Positions 1-9,693 of a stretch of 64,000 bases of DNA are shown piece by piece. The position numbers and the translations under genes are program-made. The stretch covers positions 186,001-250,000 of the IMG/VR virus record IMGVR_UViG_3300028558_000791; one strand, written 5' to 3'. The number at the start of each line of letters is the position of its first letter. Within the stretch, counting starts at the first letter, position 1. The notes beneath the pieces were generated by a model, which was given only the letters and a program-made list of their open reading frames with translations, had not been told where the DNA came from and searched no databases.

Positions 1-954
1 CTAAACAGTTTCAACATCAAAGCTACCTGTCTCAGTATGCATCAGGTTGACAACTATGTCTATTATGACTTGAAGTTACACCCTCGCGCTAAGGTACGAG
101 AGATTCAGAAGTATGGTGATGAAATCTCCCTTGCACTGAAGAAGAGCAAGCCAAGTGTCAAGGTTCTCCACGAGCAAGGTGTCGTTCGTGTGGAGTTTGC
201 TTCTCCTCGTGAGAAGCCCCTCAAGCTGTTTGATTTGTTCACCAACGACGATGTTCCCAAAGGCGGCCTAGTTTGTTTACTTGGTCAGACGGTTGATGGT
301 AGTAAAGTGTGGACTGATCTGTTAGATAACCCTCACTGTCTGATTGCTGGAACTACTGGTTCTGGTAAGAGTACGCTGTTGCACAACATTATCGCTAACG
401 TATTCAACTATAACGATGCAGATTTGTATTTGGTTGATCCGAAGCGTATTGAGTTTGGTCAGTATCAAGGCGTGCGGAAAACTCAAGTGTATCATAACTA
501 TGATGACGTGGTAGAGTTGCTTGCTAACATGATTGATATCATGGAAGATAGGTACGAGAAGCTTCGAGCCGGCTGGAATCCCAAAGACTTGAAACCAATC
601 CTCATCATTATTGATGAGTTTGCGGATCTGGTCATGCAGGACAAGGGTGATATGTTTTTCGATAGACTCTGTCGCCTGGCACAGAAGTGCCGTGCAGCCA
701 GAATGAGTATCATTCTCTCTACACAGAGACCTTCGGTAAATGTTGTCAATGGCGCCATCAAGGCCAACTTCCCAGCCCGTATTGCTTGCAAAGTTGCAAG
801 TCATGTAGACTCTAAGGTAATCTTGGATGCAACTGGAGCGGAAAATTTGCTTGGGAAAGGTGATGCTCTTATGCGCGATAACTCTCGCAATATGGAACGT
901 TTCCAGGTGGCATATACGGACGCAACTGAAGTGTGTGAAGTTTTCGGAGCCTAA
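1..954 (+). CDS. FtsK/SpoIIIE-family ATPase, 5' truncated (frame is open from base 1)
   Basis: Walker A GTTGSGKS, LVDPKRIEF, Walker B IIIDEFADL, STQRPS, ANFPARIA and GAENLLGKGD are typical of the FtsK motor domain. No gamma domain follows. Confidence 0.9.
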   Translation, partial: LNSFNIKATCLSMHQVDNYVYYDLKLHPRAKVREIQKYGDEISLALKKSKPSVKVLHEQGVVRVEFASPREKPLKLFDLFTNDDVPKGGLVCLLGQTVDGSKVWTDLLDNPHCLIAGTTGSGKSTLLHNIIANVFNYNDADLYLVDPKRIEFGQYQGVRKTQVYHNYDDVVELLANMIDIMEDRYEKLRAGWNPKDLKPILIIIDEFADLVMQDKGDMFFDRLCRLAQKCRAARMSIILSTQRPSVNVVNGAIKANFPARIACKVASHVDSKVILDATGAENLLGKGDALMRDNSRNMERFQVAYTDATEVCEVFGA

Positions 955-2303
955 TGTTAGCTGTAAGTCCGATAAATCTAATGGACGTTGATTCCTTAGT
1001 AGAAGATTTTCTAAGGGAACGCGAACAAGGAATTGCCACATTACATCGTATCCATTTTAAGAATGGCAATCAGCTATCTCTGCGTGCTCTGATTGAAGAA
1101 TTAAAAGAAGAGCTGAAAACAGGTTGTGTGACTTTTATCAACAATGGTTCGCCTATTGATGAGATTAATGACTACCTGTTTTATATTGTCAACGCTTCAT
1201 GCAAGAAGCTAGCTACACCTGACCTACGACACAAGGCAGAGTATATTTGTCCAGGCTGCGTTTTTCTGGGCAAAGAGTATTCTGTGTTGTATTTCAATAA
1301 GATTCTGTTTTGCGATGAGTGCGAATCAGAACTGAAAGAGTCGACCGATCCTAAGAGGGTATATTTCTTTCGCACATTCTACCGCCACAACAAGAATGGA
1401 TATCGTTGCCCGGATTGTGAGAGATTTATCCCGCATCCAATAGATAATTCAGGAACGGTCTCTTGTCCGTTTTTCGATTGTTTCTTTTCTGGTTCCACAA
1501 ATGATTTGAGTAAGATGCATCATCCTACTTCCAAATCTAATCCAGAGAAGCTTATTCTCGATGCATCTCATGATGGATTTTCGTTGAAGGATAACATTCA
1601 GTCACATGACGTGGATGTCCATACTCAGATGGAAATTGCTGAAGACCTACAAGCCAAGATAAAGACAATCAAGGAGATCATCGAGACTCAGAGCAACAAT
1701 GCGGCTTACAGCAGCTCTAATGCAACCGTTAGGCACAAACAATGCGTTTATCAGGCTTTTGCTAATCTTCTAGAAAGAAATCCCGAGGAAATGTCGGCTT
1801 ACGTGCTTAACAGCACCGATAGTCATATGGGATTTCAGCATAAGATATTCCAGGAGTACGTTTCGTTGTTGGAGGCTTCCTTGCCATTTTTCGTGCTTAA
1901 AAATAGGAAGCCAATTAAGATAGATAACATACTGGACGAGCATCTCGGTATATTCGATGGTATATCCGTTTTCGAAGGCATCGTCAACACTAAGCTGGCG
2001 GTCAAGAACGAAACTAAAGAGTTTTACATTGGTGGTAGGAAAGCAGCCTATACTAAGCCGTACTACATTGGTAAGCTTCTGAATATCATTCAGCAAGATA
2101 CTAAGACTCCACTTATGCAGAATGTTAGGGAGTATAGTTTCTCTAAGATTCACATGTTTGATGTTAGACCAGGTACTCTGGTCACTGTGACACATCTTCG
2201 AGTGCCGCCTCATTATCAAATGGGTGGAATGGCCTATGTTAATAGGGTCCGTAAGAAGATTGTGGAAAGGGCGAGGCTACTGATTAATGAGCAGCAGAAA
2301 TGA
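954..2303 (+). CDS. Hypothetical protein, 449 aa, with several CxxC zinc-ribbon motifs
   Basis: Long ORF coupled to the upstream stop (TAATG); CPGC, CDEC, CPDC, CPFFDC. Confidence 0.8.
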   Translation: MLAVSPINLMDVDSLVEDFLREREQGIATLHRIHFKNGNQLSLRALIEELKEELKTGCVTFINNGSPIDEINDYLFYIVNASCKKLATPDLRHKAEYICPGCVFLGKEYSVLYFNKILFCDECESELKESTDPKRVYFFRTFYRHNKNGYRCPDCERFIPHPIDNSGTVSCPFFDCFFSGSTNDLSKMHHPTSKSNPEKLILDASHDGFSLKDNIQSHDVDVHTQMEIAEDLQAKIKTIKEIIETQSNNAAYSSSNATVRHKQCVYQAFANLLERNPEEMSAYVLNSTDSHMGFQHKIFQEYVSLLEASLPFFVLKNRKPIKIDNILDEHLGIFDGISVFEGIVNTKLAVKNETKEFYIGGRKAAYTKPYYIGKLLNIIQQDTKTPLMQNVREYSFSKIHMFDVRPGTLVTVTHLRVPPHYQMGGMAYVNRVRKKIVERARLLINEQQK

Positions 2304-2778
2304 TTCACTTAATCGTGCAATGGCTTTAATTATGAATCCTAAACAAGAAGTTGTTAGAATCAATATTTCATCAACGTTTTTACAGCGAGCCCGTTGTTCA
2401 GAGTGTGGGAAAGGCCCAACTTTCTACTATGCGAGCATGCAACCTTTCAAATGGAAAGAAATCAAGCATTTCTTAATCTATTCCAAGTTCTCTAAAAGAT
2501 GGGTCAAGAGAATGGTAACCAATTGGTACCAGGATTTCTCTCCTCGCTACTTCCGTAAGTTAGGCGATTTTTCTTTCGCTTTAGAAGGAAAATCATACAA
2601 TCCAGTTTTGCATAATGCACATGGTGCTAATGTAAAGGATCGCGATAACGTAATAGAGTACGTGGGTTGTGATTGCGGGTCAACCGTTTGGGCTTTCAAT
2701 GATAAGTCAACGAAAAAGCGACCCGAGGTTATCAATCGAAAGGGCCGATATAAATACCCTCAGAAGTTTGTGTTTTGA
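2287..2778 (+). CDS. Hypothetical protein with CxxC/CxC motifs
   Basis: 163 aa ORF overlapping the upstream gene end; CSEC, CDCG. Confidence 0.65.
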   Translation: MSSRNDSLNRAMALIMNPKQEVVRINISSTFLQRARCSECGKGPTFYYASMQPFKWKEIKHFLIYSKFSKRWVKRMVTNWYQDFSPRYFRKLGDFSFALEGKSYNPVLHNAHGANVKDRDNVIEYVGCDCGSTVWAFNDKSTKKRPEVINRKGRYKYPQKFVF

Positions 2779-3175
2779 GCTGAGGAAGGCGTTTACGAAC
2801 CTGCTCCTCAAGGGATAGGAAGTCGTCAGCTAGCTCTTCAAACAGTTTCCATTCACGATTGATTAATTTATAGCATGAGTAATAAGATAGCCTAGCTACT
2901 GTATCGTAATATTCTTTACTGGCATGATGAAGATGATTAGGCGCCAAAGTATTGGCGAAAAAAATCCAATCTCCTAAATTCTGGTAGGTCAAAAAATCTT
3001 GTTTATTGCGGGCTTGCGCGAACAGCAGAGTGACACTATCTTGTGATAGATCGAACTCGGCGCTCTTATATTTCCCGTAAATGCTCACGATGTAAGCTTT
3101 CGTATCTCGTTGGCAATGAAGATCGTTTAATAGTTCATCGAAAAAACTAGTAATGTTCTTGTGAAAGACATCCAT
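2732..3175 (-). CDS. Conserved hypothetical helical protein of a bacterial-type family; start refined to ATG 3175
   Basis: YQNLGDWIFF...EYYDTVARLSY...LFEELADDF resembles, from memory, an uncharacterised bacterial family with an LGD..LF...YY......Y....F.ELA..F pattern. Confidence 0.65.
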   Translation of the reverse strand: MDVFHKNITSFFDELLNDLHCQRDTKAYIVSIYGKYKSAEFDLSQDSVTLLFAQARNKQDFLTYQNLGDWIFFANTLAPNHLHHASKEYYDTVARLSYYSCYKLINREWKLFEELADDFLSLEEQVRKRLPQLKTQTSEGIYIGPFD

Positions 3176-3210
3176 AGGGTGATGCAAGAATATTGAAAGA
3201 CTTGGTAAAA

Positions 3211-5001
3211 ATGAAGACATTAGTTATTGTAGAATCTCCAGCTAAAGCTCAAAAGATTCAAGAGTATCTTGGCAAGGATTATGTGGTACTAGCTAGCAAG
3301 GGTCATATTACTGACCTGGCAAAGGGTGGCCGCTTTGGTCTAGGTGTAGATGTCGAAAACAACTTCCGTCCTCACTACATTCTGCAAGAAGATAAGGTTG
3401 ATACGCTTGATTTATTGCTCAAAGCTTCCAAGCAGTGTGACAACATCTTAGTGGCAAGCGACCCTGATCGTGAAGGCGAAGCTATCGCCTGGCATCTCCA
3501 GGAGCGTTTAAAAGATACTGGTTTACCTATCAAGCGAGTTGTTTTTAACGAAATCAAGAAGGATAAGATCAAGAAGGCAGTCGCCTCTCCTAGAGACGTA
3601 GATATCAACTTGTTCCATTCTCAAGAGGCCCGACGTATTCTGGATAGGTTGGTAGGATTTATGGCCTCCCCATTCCTAATGAATACTATGGGTCCCAAAC
3701 TGTCGGCTGGCCGAGTTCAGTCTGTAGTTACTCGTATGGTCATTGACCGTGAACGAGAAATTGAGGTTTTCGTTCCAGAAGAGTTCTGGACTATTCAGGT
3801 TATGCTGTCCAACGGAAAAACAGAGTTCGCTACCAAGTTTGTTGGCCGTCCAACCAATGACAAAGATGCTCAGGCCGCAAAGGCGCTGCTCAATGTAAAC
3901 CCATACATTGTTTCAGAGGTCTCGGCGGAAGAAGAGGCTAAGTACCCTCAGCCGCCTCTGGTAACTTCTACGCTTCAGCGAATCATGTCTAAAGATCACG
4001 GCTTCAGTGCTGACCGTACCATGAAAGCTGCGCAGTCTCTTTACGAGAATGGTTACTGTACTTACATCAGAACTGACTCTGTTCGAGTTGGCGATGAAGC
4101 CTTGGAAGATGTCCGTAACTTCATTAAGGATAAGAAGTATGCTTTGCCAAAGAAGGCTTATGCTTACAAGAATAAGGATGCATCACAGGACGCCCACGAG
4201 TGCATCCGTCCATCCGATTTGACGCTAGAGCCAAACAACAATTATGCTATGGTTGACCCAGACGAGAAGCTTGTCTATGAAGTCATTTGGAAGCAGTTCA
4301 TTGCTAGCCAGATGATGCCAGCCATCTACAACACATTGAAGGTGACTGCTCATGTCAAAGGCAACAAAGCTGCTGAAGTTCGCGCAGCGGGTAAGGCTCT
4401 TAAAGACAGTGGCTTCTTGGACATTCTTGAAGTTTCTGATAATAGCAAAATTGAAATCCCGCTCCTCGCTGTCGGAGATAGTCTTAGCCTATCAAGTAAA
4501 ATCCCTGTCAGACTGGAGAAAAAATCGACTCAACCACCTGCTAGATATTCTGAAGATAAGCTAATCAAAGAATTAGTTGCCAAGAATATTGGGCGTCCTG
4601 CAACCTATGCAGACCTTCTCAGTAAGATTACGAATCGTAACTATGTAGAGAAGAAGGGTAGCGTATTCCACGCCACTGATTTGGGCAAGAAGATTACTGA
4701 CGAACTACAGAAGTTCTTCACGTTTATGGACTACAACTACACCGCCAAAATGGAACAACAGCTCGATGAAGTGGAAAGTGGTAAAGTTGATCATATCGAT
4801 ATGCTGAAAAAGTTTTATCCAGATTTCAAAAAGGAATTAGATCGGGCATATCTAGGACATGGTGCGACCATGTGTCCGAAGTGCGGAAGCCCGATGTCAG
4901 TTCGCAAAACTAAGACGGGACAGTTTTTAGGATGCTCAGGATATCCAAAGTGTAGACATACTGTGAATATTGCTTCCCCAGCATCTGCAAATGTTGCTTA
5001 A
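3211..5001 (+). CDS. topA: DNA topoisomerase I (type IA)
   Basis: LVIVESPAKA, ASDPDREGEAIAWH, SAGRVQS, catalytic TYIRTDS, GRPATY, C-terminal C4 zinc ribbon; ATG at 3211 preferred. Confidence 0.97.
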   Translation: MKTLVIVESPAKAQKIQEYLGKDYVVLASKGHITDLAKGGRFGLGVDVENNFRPHYILQEDKVDTLDLLLKASKQCDNILVASDPDREGEAIAWHLQERLKDTGLPIKRVVFNEIKKDKIKKAVASPRDVDINLFHSQEARRILDRLVGFMASPFLMNTMGPKLSAGRVQSVVTRMVIDREREIEVFVPEEFWTIQVMLSNGKTEFATKFVGRPTNDKDAQAAKALLNVNPYIVSEVSAEEEAKYPQPPLVTSTLQRIMSKDHGFSADRTMKAAQSLYENGYCTYIRTDSVRVGDEALEDVRNFIKDKKYALPKKAYAYKNKDASQDAHECIRPSDLTLEPNNNYAMVDPDEKLVYEVIWKQFIASQMMPAIYNTLKVTAHVKGNKAAEVRAAGKALKDSGFLDILEVSDNSKIEIPLLAVGDSLSLSSKIPVRLEKKSTQPPARYSEDKLIKELVAKNIGRPATYADLLSKITNRNYVEKKGSVFHATDLGKKITDELQKFFTFMDYNYTAKMEQQLDEVESGKVDHIDMLKKFYPDFKKELDRAYLGHGATMCPKCGSPMSVRKTKTGQFLGCSGYPKCRHTVNIASPASANVA

Positions 5002-5024
5002 TGAAAGAACGAGTACATTGATAC

Positions 5025-6338
5025 ATGACCACAGATAAAGTAGAGTATTTGACTCCAGAAATTCTGGAGCAACAGGAGCACCTTTCGCCAGAAAGATTAG
5101 CGAAACTCGCTCCAACCTATAGGGTTTCTCCTTCGGATAACTGGGAACGACCGCAGGCCAACTTCATCGATTTGATGAATTGGACCCAGCAGATGTTTAG
5201 TCCGGCTCTAAAAGATCAGCAACATTTAGAGAAGTTTGTACATAACCGCATCATCATTGACGGTCAGTTTCTTCAGTTTGCTGAAGAGTCTGGCGTTACT
5301 GTTGAGTGTTTGTACAAGGACTCTAGCATCTCCTGGACGACCGATCATGATTTCGAGAAGTTTTTTGTCCAAGGTGTATTTTACATTAAGGCCAAAGGAT
5401 TGGAATTTTTGCATGCCGCCTTGTTCCATAAAGGGAATCAGCAGGAAGACGAAATCAGTTTCTTCATAGTTGTTTCTCAGAAGAACTATGAGGCTTACGT
5501 TAAACTGCGTAATCAATTTGATGATTGGGTTCAGGAACGTGACCGTAGCAATCTGAACATCCGCGTTATTGAGGGAGATGATATCCCTTACACTAAGGAT
5601 CATTCTTGGGAAGATTTGTTCTTACCCGAGTCCATCAAAAACGAAGTGCGTGGTTTGGTTGAGAACTTCTTGGCCTCTAAGGACTTCTATTTGGAAAATA
5701 AGATTCCTTGGAAGCGTGGTATCTTGCTGTATGGTAAGCCAGGTAACGGAAAGACCTCCATTATTCGTACTATCATTGCGCAATACAATTTCAAACCCGT
5801 AACCATTGTAGCAGGAGCTAATGATGAGGCGGTGCGTGAAGCATTTTCTTATGCGGAGGAACAAAGTCCTTCGTTGCTTTACTTTGAAGACTTAGACTCG
5901 TTACTTGAGAAGAGTGTAGATATCTCTTCGTTCCTTAACTTGATGGACGGCATCTCAGCGAAAAACGGTTTGCTGGTTATTGCAACTGCAAACGAAGTTA
6001 AAAAACTGAAGACTAACATTACTGATAGACCTTCACGATTTGATAGAAAATTCGAGATTCCTCTCCCAAACGCAGAAATGGCTTATATATATCTAAAGAG
6101 ATGGTTTGGAACTCTTCTTACTGCCAAGCAGTGTAGAGACCTAGCCAAGTATGCAGCCAAGTACGAGTTTTCTTATGCTTACTTAAAAGAATTGTATATC
6201 TCTGCTATGTTCGAAGCCCTAGCGCATAATCGCAAAAAGCCAACTAACAATGATGTACAGAGTGCCCTTAACCGCCTAGTCAAGGACAAAAATCTATTGA
6301 ATGGCGGAGCCGTGAATATCGATAAATACTTTCAGTAA
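5025..6338 (+). CDS. AAA+ ATPase, classical clade (FtsH/BCS1/Cdc48-like single module)
   Basis: RGILLYGKPGNGKT, Walker B LLYFEDLD, FLNLMDG, second region of homology DRPSRFDRKFEIPLP. Confidence 0.92.
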   Translation: MTTDKVEYLTPEILEQQEHLSPERLAKLAPTYRVSPSDNWERPQANFIDLMNWTQQMFSPALKDQQHLEKFVHNRIIIDGQFLQFAEESGVTVECLYKDSSISWTTDHDFEKFFVQGVFYIKAKGLEFLHAALFHKGNQQEDEISFFIVVSQKNYEAYVKLRNQFDDWVQERDRSNLNIRVIEGDDIPYTKDHSWEDLFLPESIKNEVRGLVENFLASKDFYLENKIPWKRGILLYGKPGNGKTSIIRTIIAQYNFKPVTIVAGANDEAVREAFSYAEEQSPSLLYFEDLDSLLEKSVDISSFLNLMDGISAKNGLLVIATANEVKKLKTNITDRPSRFDRKFEIPLPNAEMAYIYLKRWFGTLLTAKQCRDLAKYAAKYEFSYAYLKELYISAMFEALAHNRKKPTNNDVQSALNRLVKDKNLLNGGAVNIDKYFQ

Positions 6339-6358
6339 AGGTTAAAAGTGTTTTCTAG

Positions 6359-6730
6359 ATGAAAGATCAGAATAGACGAAGTAAGAGGAACTACAAAAAG
6401 GCACCGAAGGGAGGTGAAACGCAGCCAGTCGTCGTCAACGACAAATTCGCACATATTGAAGCAGTGCAAGCCCAACCCCTCGAAGTTAAAGTGTATGGGA
6501 ACAATTTCGATAAAGCTCTTAGAGCTTTTCGAGCCTTAGTGCAGAAAGAAAGGGTTCTTTCGTCATATAAGGAAAAGCAGTCGTACGAGAAACCGTCCGA
6601 TAAACGTAGGAGAAAGCGCAACGAATCCGTAAGGAAACAACTTGAACTCTGTAGCAAAGGTGACTGTAGACATACAGAACACGCCAAGAATCGCAAAGAG
6701 CGCAAGTTTAAGCGTAACTCCTCAGAATAA
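6359..6730 (+). CDS. rpsU: Ribosomal protein bS21 with N- and C-terminal extensions
   Basis: EVKVYGNNFDKALRAFRALVQKERVLSSYKEKQSYEKPSDKRRRKRNES matches the bS21 pattern (V.V....F.KAL+.F+......G+L.......+Y.KPS.+R++K). Confidence 0.88.
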   Translation: MKDQNRRSKRNYKKAPKGGETQPVVVNDKFAHIEAVQAQPLEVKVYGNNFDKALRAFRALVQKERVLSSYKEKQSYEKPSDKRRRKRNESVRKQLELCSKGDCRHTEHAKNRKERKFKRNSSE

Positions 6731-6742
6731 TCTGGGAACAAC

Positions 6743-7459
6743 ATGTCTGATACCGATGGAAAAGTAAAACTTATCAAGAATCCTGAAAGAAGTAAACCTG
6801 CGTCATACAAACCGTATGTACCGCAATATCAGGTTCATGGTAAAGAACCCCAAGAGTATCAAGGTGGTGCAGTGGTGCCTGGTGCTACAATTGCCAGGCC
6901 CACTCAACTACCCTCTGATAATCCAAGGGCGAGAAGAGTGCCAGTGCGTCAGCCATATGCTGAACCTACCTCTTCTCCCATCGGTAGAGGACCCGTTCCA
7001 AATGTAGGTAATAATATGGAACATACGTGGTCTAGTGTAGATGGTGAGATTGTAGATGATTTGACTGGTGGGGAACTTGATCCTAACCAAGAGATGGTTG
7101 ATAATAATGACTATGTTAGTGAATCAGCTTTTGGATTCAGAAATGGACCAACTGCCGCTGACATTCGTCCTGAATATCAAGCTTTTCCGCCAAAGGCTAT
7201 TGAACAAGAAGTTCAAGCCAAGCATATTCCAGTTGATCCAGAAGACTTATTACCAGTATTAGCGGATTTAGAGGCTGATGCTTATCTTCTAATTGTAGCA
7301 GGAACTCCAGTTTGTTCTGGTCCCAAAGAAGAGATTGAAGACCAGGCTATGGCATTAGTATCTGGCGAACATGAGATGTGTGACGGAAATCCTGTCTCAG
7401 TCGATGATATAATTATTCTTAAGAGAGTCAAGGTAAAGATTGGTCTTTTCTTAGAATAA
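6743..7459 (+). CDS. Hypothetical Pro-rich protein
   Basis: 238 aa ORF in operon orientation. Confidence 0.75.
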   Translation: MSDTDGKVKLIKNPERSKPASYKPYVPQYQVHGKEPQEYQGGAVVPGATIARPTQLPSDNPRARRVPVRQPYAEPTSSPIGRGPVPNVGNNMEHTWSSVDGEIVDDLTGGELDPNQEMVDNNDYVSESAFGFRNGPTAADIRPEYQAFPPKAIEQEVQAKHIPVDPEDLLPVLADLEADAYLLIVAGTPVCSGPKEEIEDQAMALVSGEHEMCDGNPVSVDDIIILKRVKVKIGLFLE

Positions 7460-7466
7460 AGGTACC

Positions 7467-8354
7467 ATGGGACAAGAGCCAAGAAAAGCTACAGATGTAT
7501 TGTTAGATTTAGAATCTAAAGTAACAGAATTACTAGGAATAATTCGTGCTCAGGATTTGAATATTAAGGTATTATCCAATAAATTAAATGATGTAATTGG
7601 ACGATTGGATAAGCAACCAGCCGGCCCACCAAAGATTGTAGTGGAGACAGTACAAGCGCCCCCAAGGGCAAATATTGTTCCATCGACATTCGACCAAATT
7701 CCGGCTGGTGATCCGACAAGGAACATTCCAGTAACGGCTGAATCTAAGCTTCCACAAGCTGGAGCACCACAAGGTTTCCGACGTTCTTCTAGACCGGAAA
7801 CTTATGCTGGTGACAATGCATACCTCCCTCGTCCTGAGCAAGAGATGAAGATGCCTGTCCAGCTTCCTAAGATGCCTCCAGCACGTCAAGACCCTAATGG
7901 GCCCCCTCCAGGTCGCGGGCCTTCTGATGCAGATGCTATGGTGCCACAAGAGGCAATGGAGAATCCAAGAAATAATAAGAGGGGCGTAATGGCTCCTCCT
8001 AATCCACGAGGAGCGCCAGTTGCACAACAACCACAAGCGCCGCCAATGGATGAAGAACATCAACAGCAAGCTGCACATGGACAAATTCCAGTTATGCAGC
8101 GATGTGTGGATAAGAATGGCAAATCCCTTTTCTTAGCGCCCGTTGAAATCGTTGACCTGTCAACCGGACAATCAGTTTTCAAAACAAGAACAAATGGAAC
8201 TGGTAAATGGATGGCGTCCCTTGGTATAGGAGGTTATCGAGTAACGATCACTAAGCAAGCTTCTATGAACAAGGAGAAGCTTGAAGCGGTACAAGACATT
8301 CAAGTGGACGGCACCCAATCGCCACTCGAATTACCGATGATGATCATCAAGTAA
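7467..8354 (+). CDS. Hypothetical protein: N-terminal coiled coil, Pro/Gln-rich linker, C-terminal carboxypeptidase-regulatory/prealbumin-like beta domain
   Basis: C-terminus VDKNGKSLFLAPVEIVD...TRTNGTGKW...GGYRVTITK fits a CnaB/CarboxypepD_reg-like sandwich. Confidence 0.6.
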   Translation: MGQEPRKATDVLLDLESKVTELLGIIRAQDLNIKVLSNKLNDVIGRLDKQPAGPPKIVVETVQAPPRANIVPSTFDQIPAGDPTRNIPVTAESKLPQAGAPQGFRRSSRPETYAGDNAYLPRPEQEMKMPVQLPKMPPARQDPNGPPPGRGPSDADAMVPQEAMENPRNNKRGVMAPPNPRGAPVAQQPQAPPMDEEHQQQAAHGQIPVMQRCVDKNGKSLFLAPVEIVDLSTGQSVFKTRTNGTGKWMASLGIGGYRVTITKQASMNKEKLEAVQDIQVDGTQSPLELPMMIIK

Positions 8355-8367
8355 TTGCGAGGCCCTA

Positions 8368-9066
8368 ATGGGTAAAAAGTATTCTGTAATTGTGGCTGAT
8401 CCGCCATGGCCGTTCAAGGATTCTCTTAAAATGTCCAATGTCAAGCGTGGCGCCCTGGCCAACTACGACACCATGACAATGCAACAAATTCGCGAGATGC
8501 CCGTAGCGGAGGCTTGCAATCCTGACGGAGCAGTCTTATGTTTATGGGTGCCGGGCTCTTTGCTACAAGACGGCCTCAACACCATGAAAGCTTGGGGCTT
8601 CGATCATAAGCAGACCTATGTATGGGTCAAAATCAAGAAGCATAGATTCAAGAGGTTTTCTGCTTGGATCAAAAAGAGTATATTGAAACATAAGCAAATA
8701 TCTTATGATAAGTTTGCTTATGATAGAGCCATCAAAGCAATTCTAGATTCATTGCCAAATGTTGATTTAGCAGATGAACTAGCTTTCTTTATGGGCCGCC
8801 TTTTTAGACAGACTCACGAAATTTGTTTGGTTGGAACTCGCGGTAAGATACTAAAGCAATTAGAAAACAAATCACAACGTTCTGTTAGTTTTGCTGAGAA
8901 CCTAAAACACTCAGCTAAACCAGAAGACCTACAAGACTCTTTGGAAGCTATGTTTCCAAAAGCTCGGAAACTAGAATTGTTCGCCAGGAGACTCCGCTCG
9001 GGTTGGACTTGTCTAGGTAACGAGATTGATGGTAAGGACATCTATGATGCTCTTGCCGAACTGTAA
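8368..9066 (+). CDS. MT-A70 family N6-adenine methyltransferase
   Basis: VIVADPPW, LCLWVP, WGFDHKQTYVWVK, THEICLVG, HSAKP, KLELFARR...GWTCLGNE. Confidence 0.92.
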   Translation: MGKKYSVIVADPPWPFKDSLKMSNVKRGALANYDTMTMQQIREMPVAEACNPDGAVLCLWVPGSLLQDGLNTMKAWGFDHKQTYVWVKIKKHRFKRFSAWIKKSILKHKQISYDKFAYDRAIKAILDSLPNVDLADELAFFMGRLFRQTHEICLVGTRGKILKQLENKSQRSVSFAENLKHSAKPEDLQDSLEAMFPKARKLELFARRLRSGWTCLGNEIDGKDIYDALAEL

Positions 9067-9083
9067 CGGAGAATAGAAACATC

Positions 9084-9593
9084 ATGTCGAAGAAAACGCT
9101 TTTGTTAAATGCCAGTTATGAGGTGCTTTCTTTCATCCCAGAAAGAAAAGTATTCAAGTTGCTTTTCAAGGATAAGGTTGAAGTTGTCTCATCTTGGGAC
9201 GAGTTCATCACCTGGGGTTCCGGAAAGGTTGCACACCCTTCTATCTTGAGATTGAAGAATCACGTAAAGAGAAATTACTTCAACTCAAACTTTAGTCGTA
9301 AGGCTTTGGTAAAAAGAGATAGAAGCACTTGTCAGTATTGTGGTAGGAAGCTTACCGCTTCTCAGGTTACTGTTGACCACGTTTTACCAAGAGCACAAGG
9401 AGGTATTACCTCTTTCGTGAACTGTGTGGTCTCGTGTCAGGTTTGTAATAACCAAAAGGCTGATAAGACGCCGGAACAAGCAAACATGAAGCTTTTGAAG
9501 AAGCCAACTCATCCGTCTTTTTCTGCGACATACTATGTGGCGGATCCCCAGGAATACTGGCATAAAGATTGGGATGACTTCTTACAGGGCTAA
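9084..9593 (+). CDS. HNH endonuclease
   Basis: TLLLNASYE N-terminus, RDRSTCQYCG, TVDHVLPRAQGG, NCVVSCQVCNNQK. Confidence 0.92.
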   Translation: MSKKTLLLNASYEVLSFIPERKVFKLLFKDKVEVVSSWDEFITWGSGKVAHPSILRLKNHVKRNYFNSNFSRKALVKRDRSTCQYCGRKLTASQVTVDHVLPRAQGGITSFVNCVVSCQVCNNQKADKTPEQANMKLLKKPTHPSFSATYYVADPQEYWHKDWDDFLQG

Positions 9594-9609
9594 AACCTGA
9601 TTTGTCTGG

Positions 9610-9640
9610 AGGGGATAATAGAAACATTATCCCCTTTTTC
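9610..9640 (+). terminator. Rho-independent terminator
   Basis: Perfect 10-bp stem aggggataat/attatcccct, 6-nt loop, then a T tract. Confidence 0.85.
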
Positions 9641-9675
9641 AGGGCAATAATATGGAATACCTATATACTTTCCCA

Positions 9676-9683
9676 TGATATAT
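9676..9683 (+). promoter_or_regulatory. TGATATAT promoter-like box
   Basis: Recurrent 8-mer at gene boundaries; here just after a terminator and 10 nt before ATG 9694. Confidence 0.6.
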
Positions 9684-9693
9684 AGGAAGCACC

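Noticed and set aside
322-1041. 239-aa minus-strand ORF
   Set aside because: Antisense shadow of the FtsK gene with no protein-like features; the same applies to most short ORFs in the track that overlap accepted genes.
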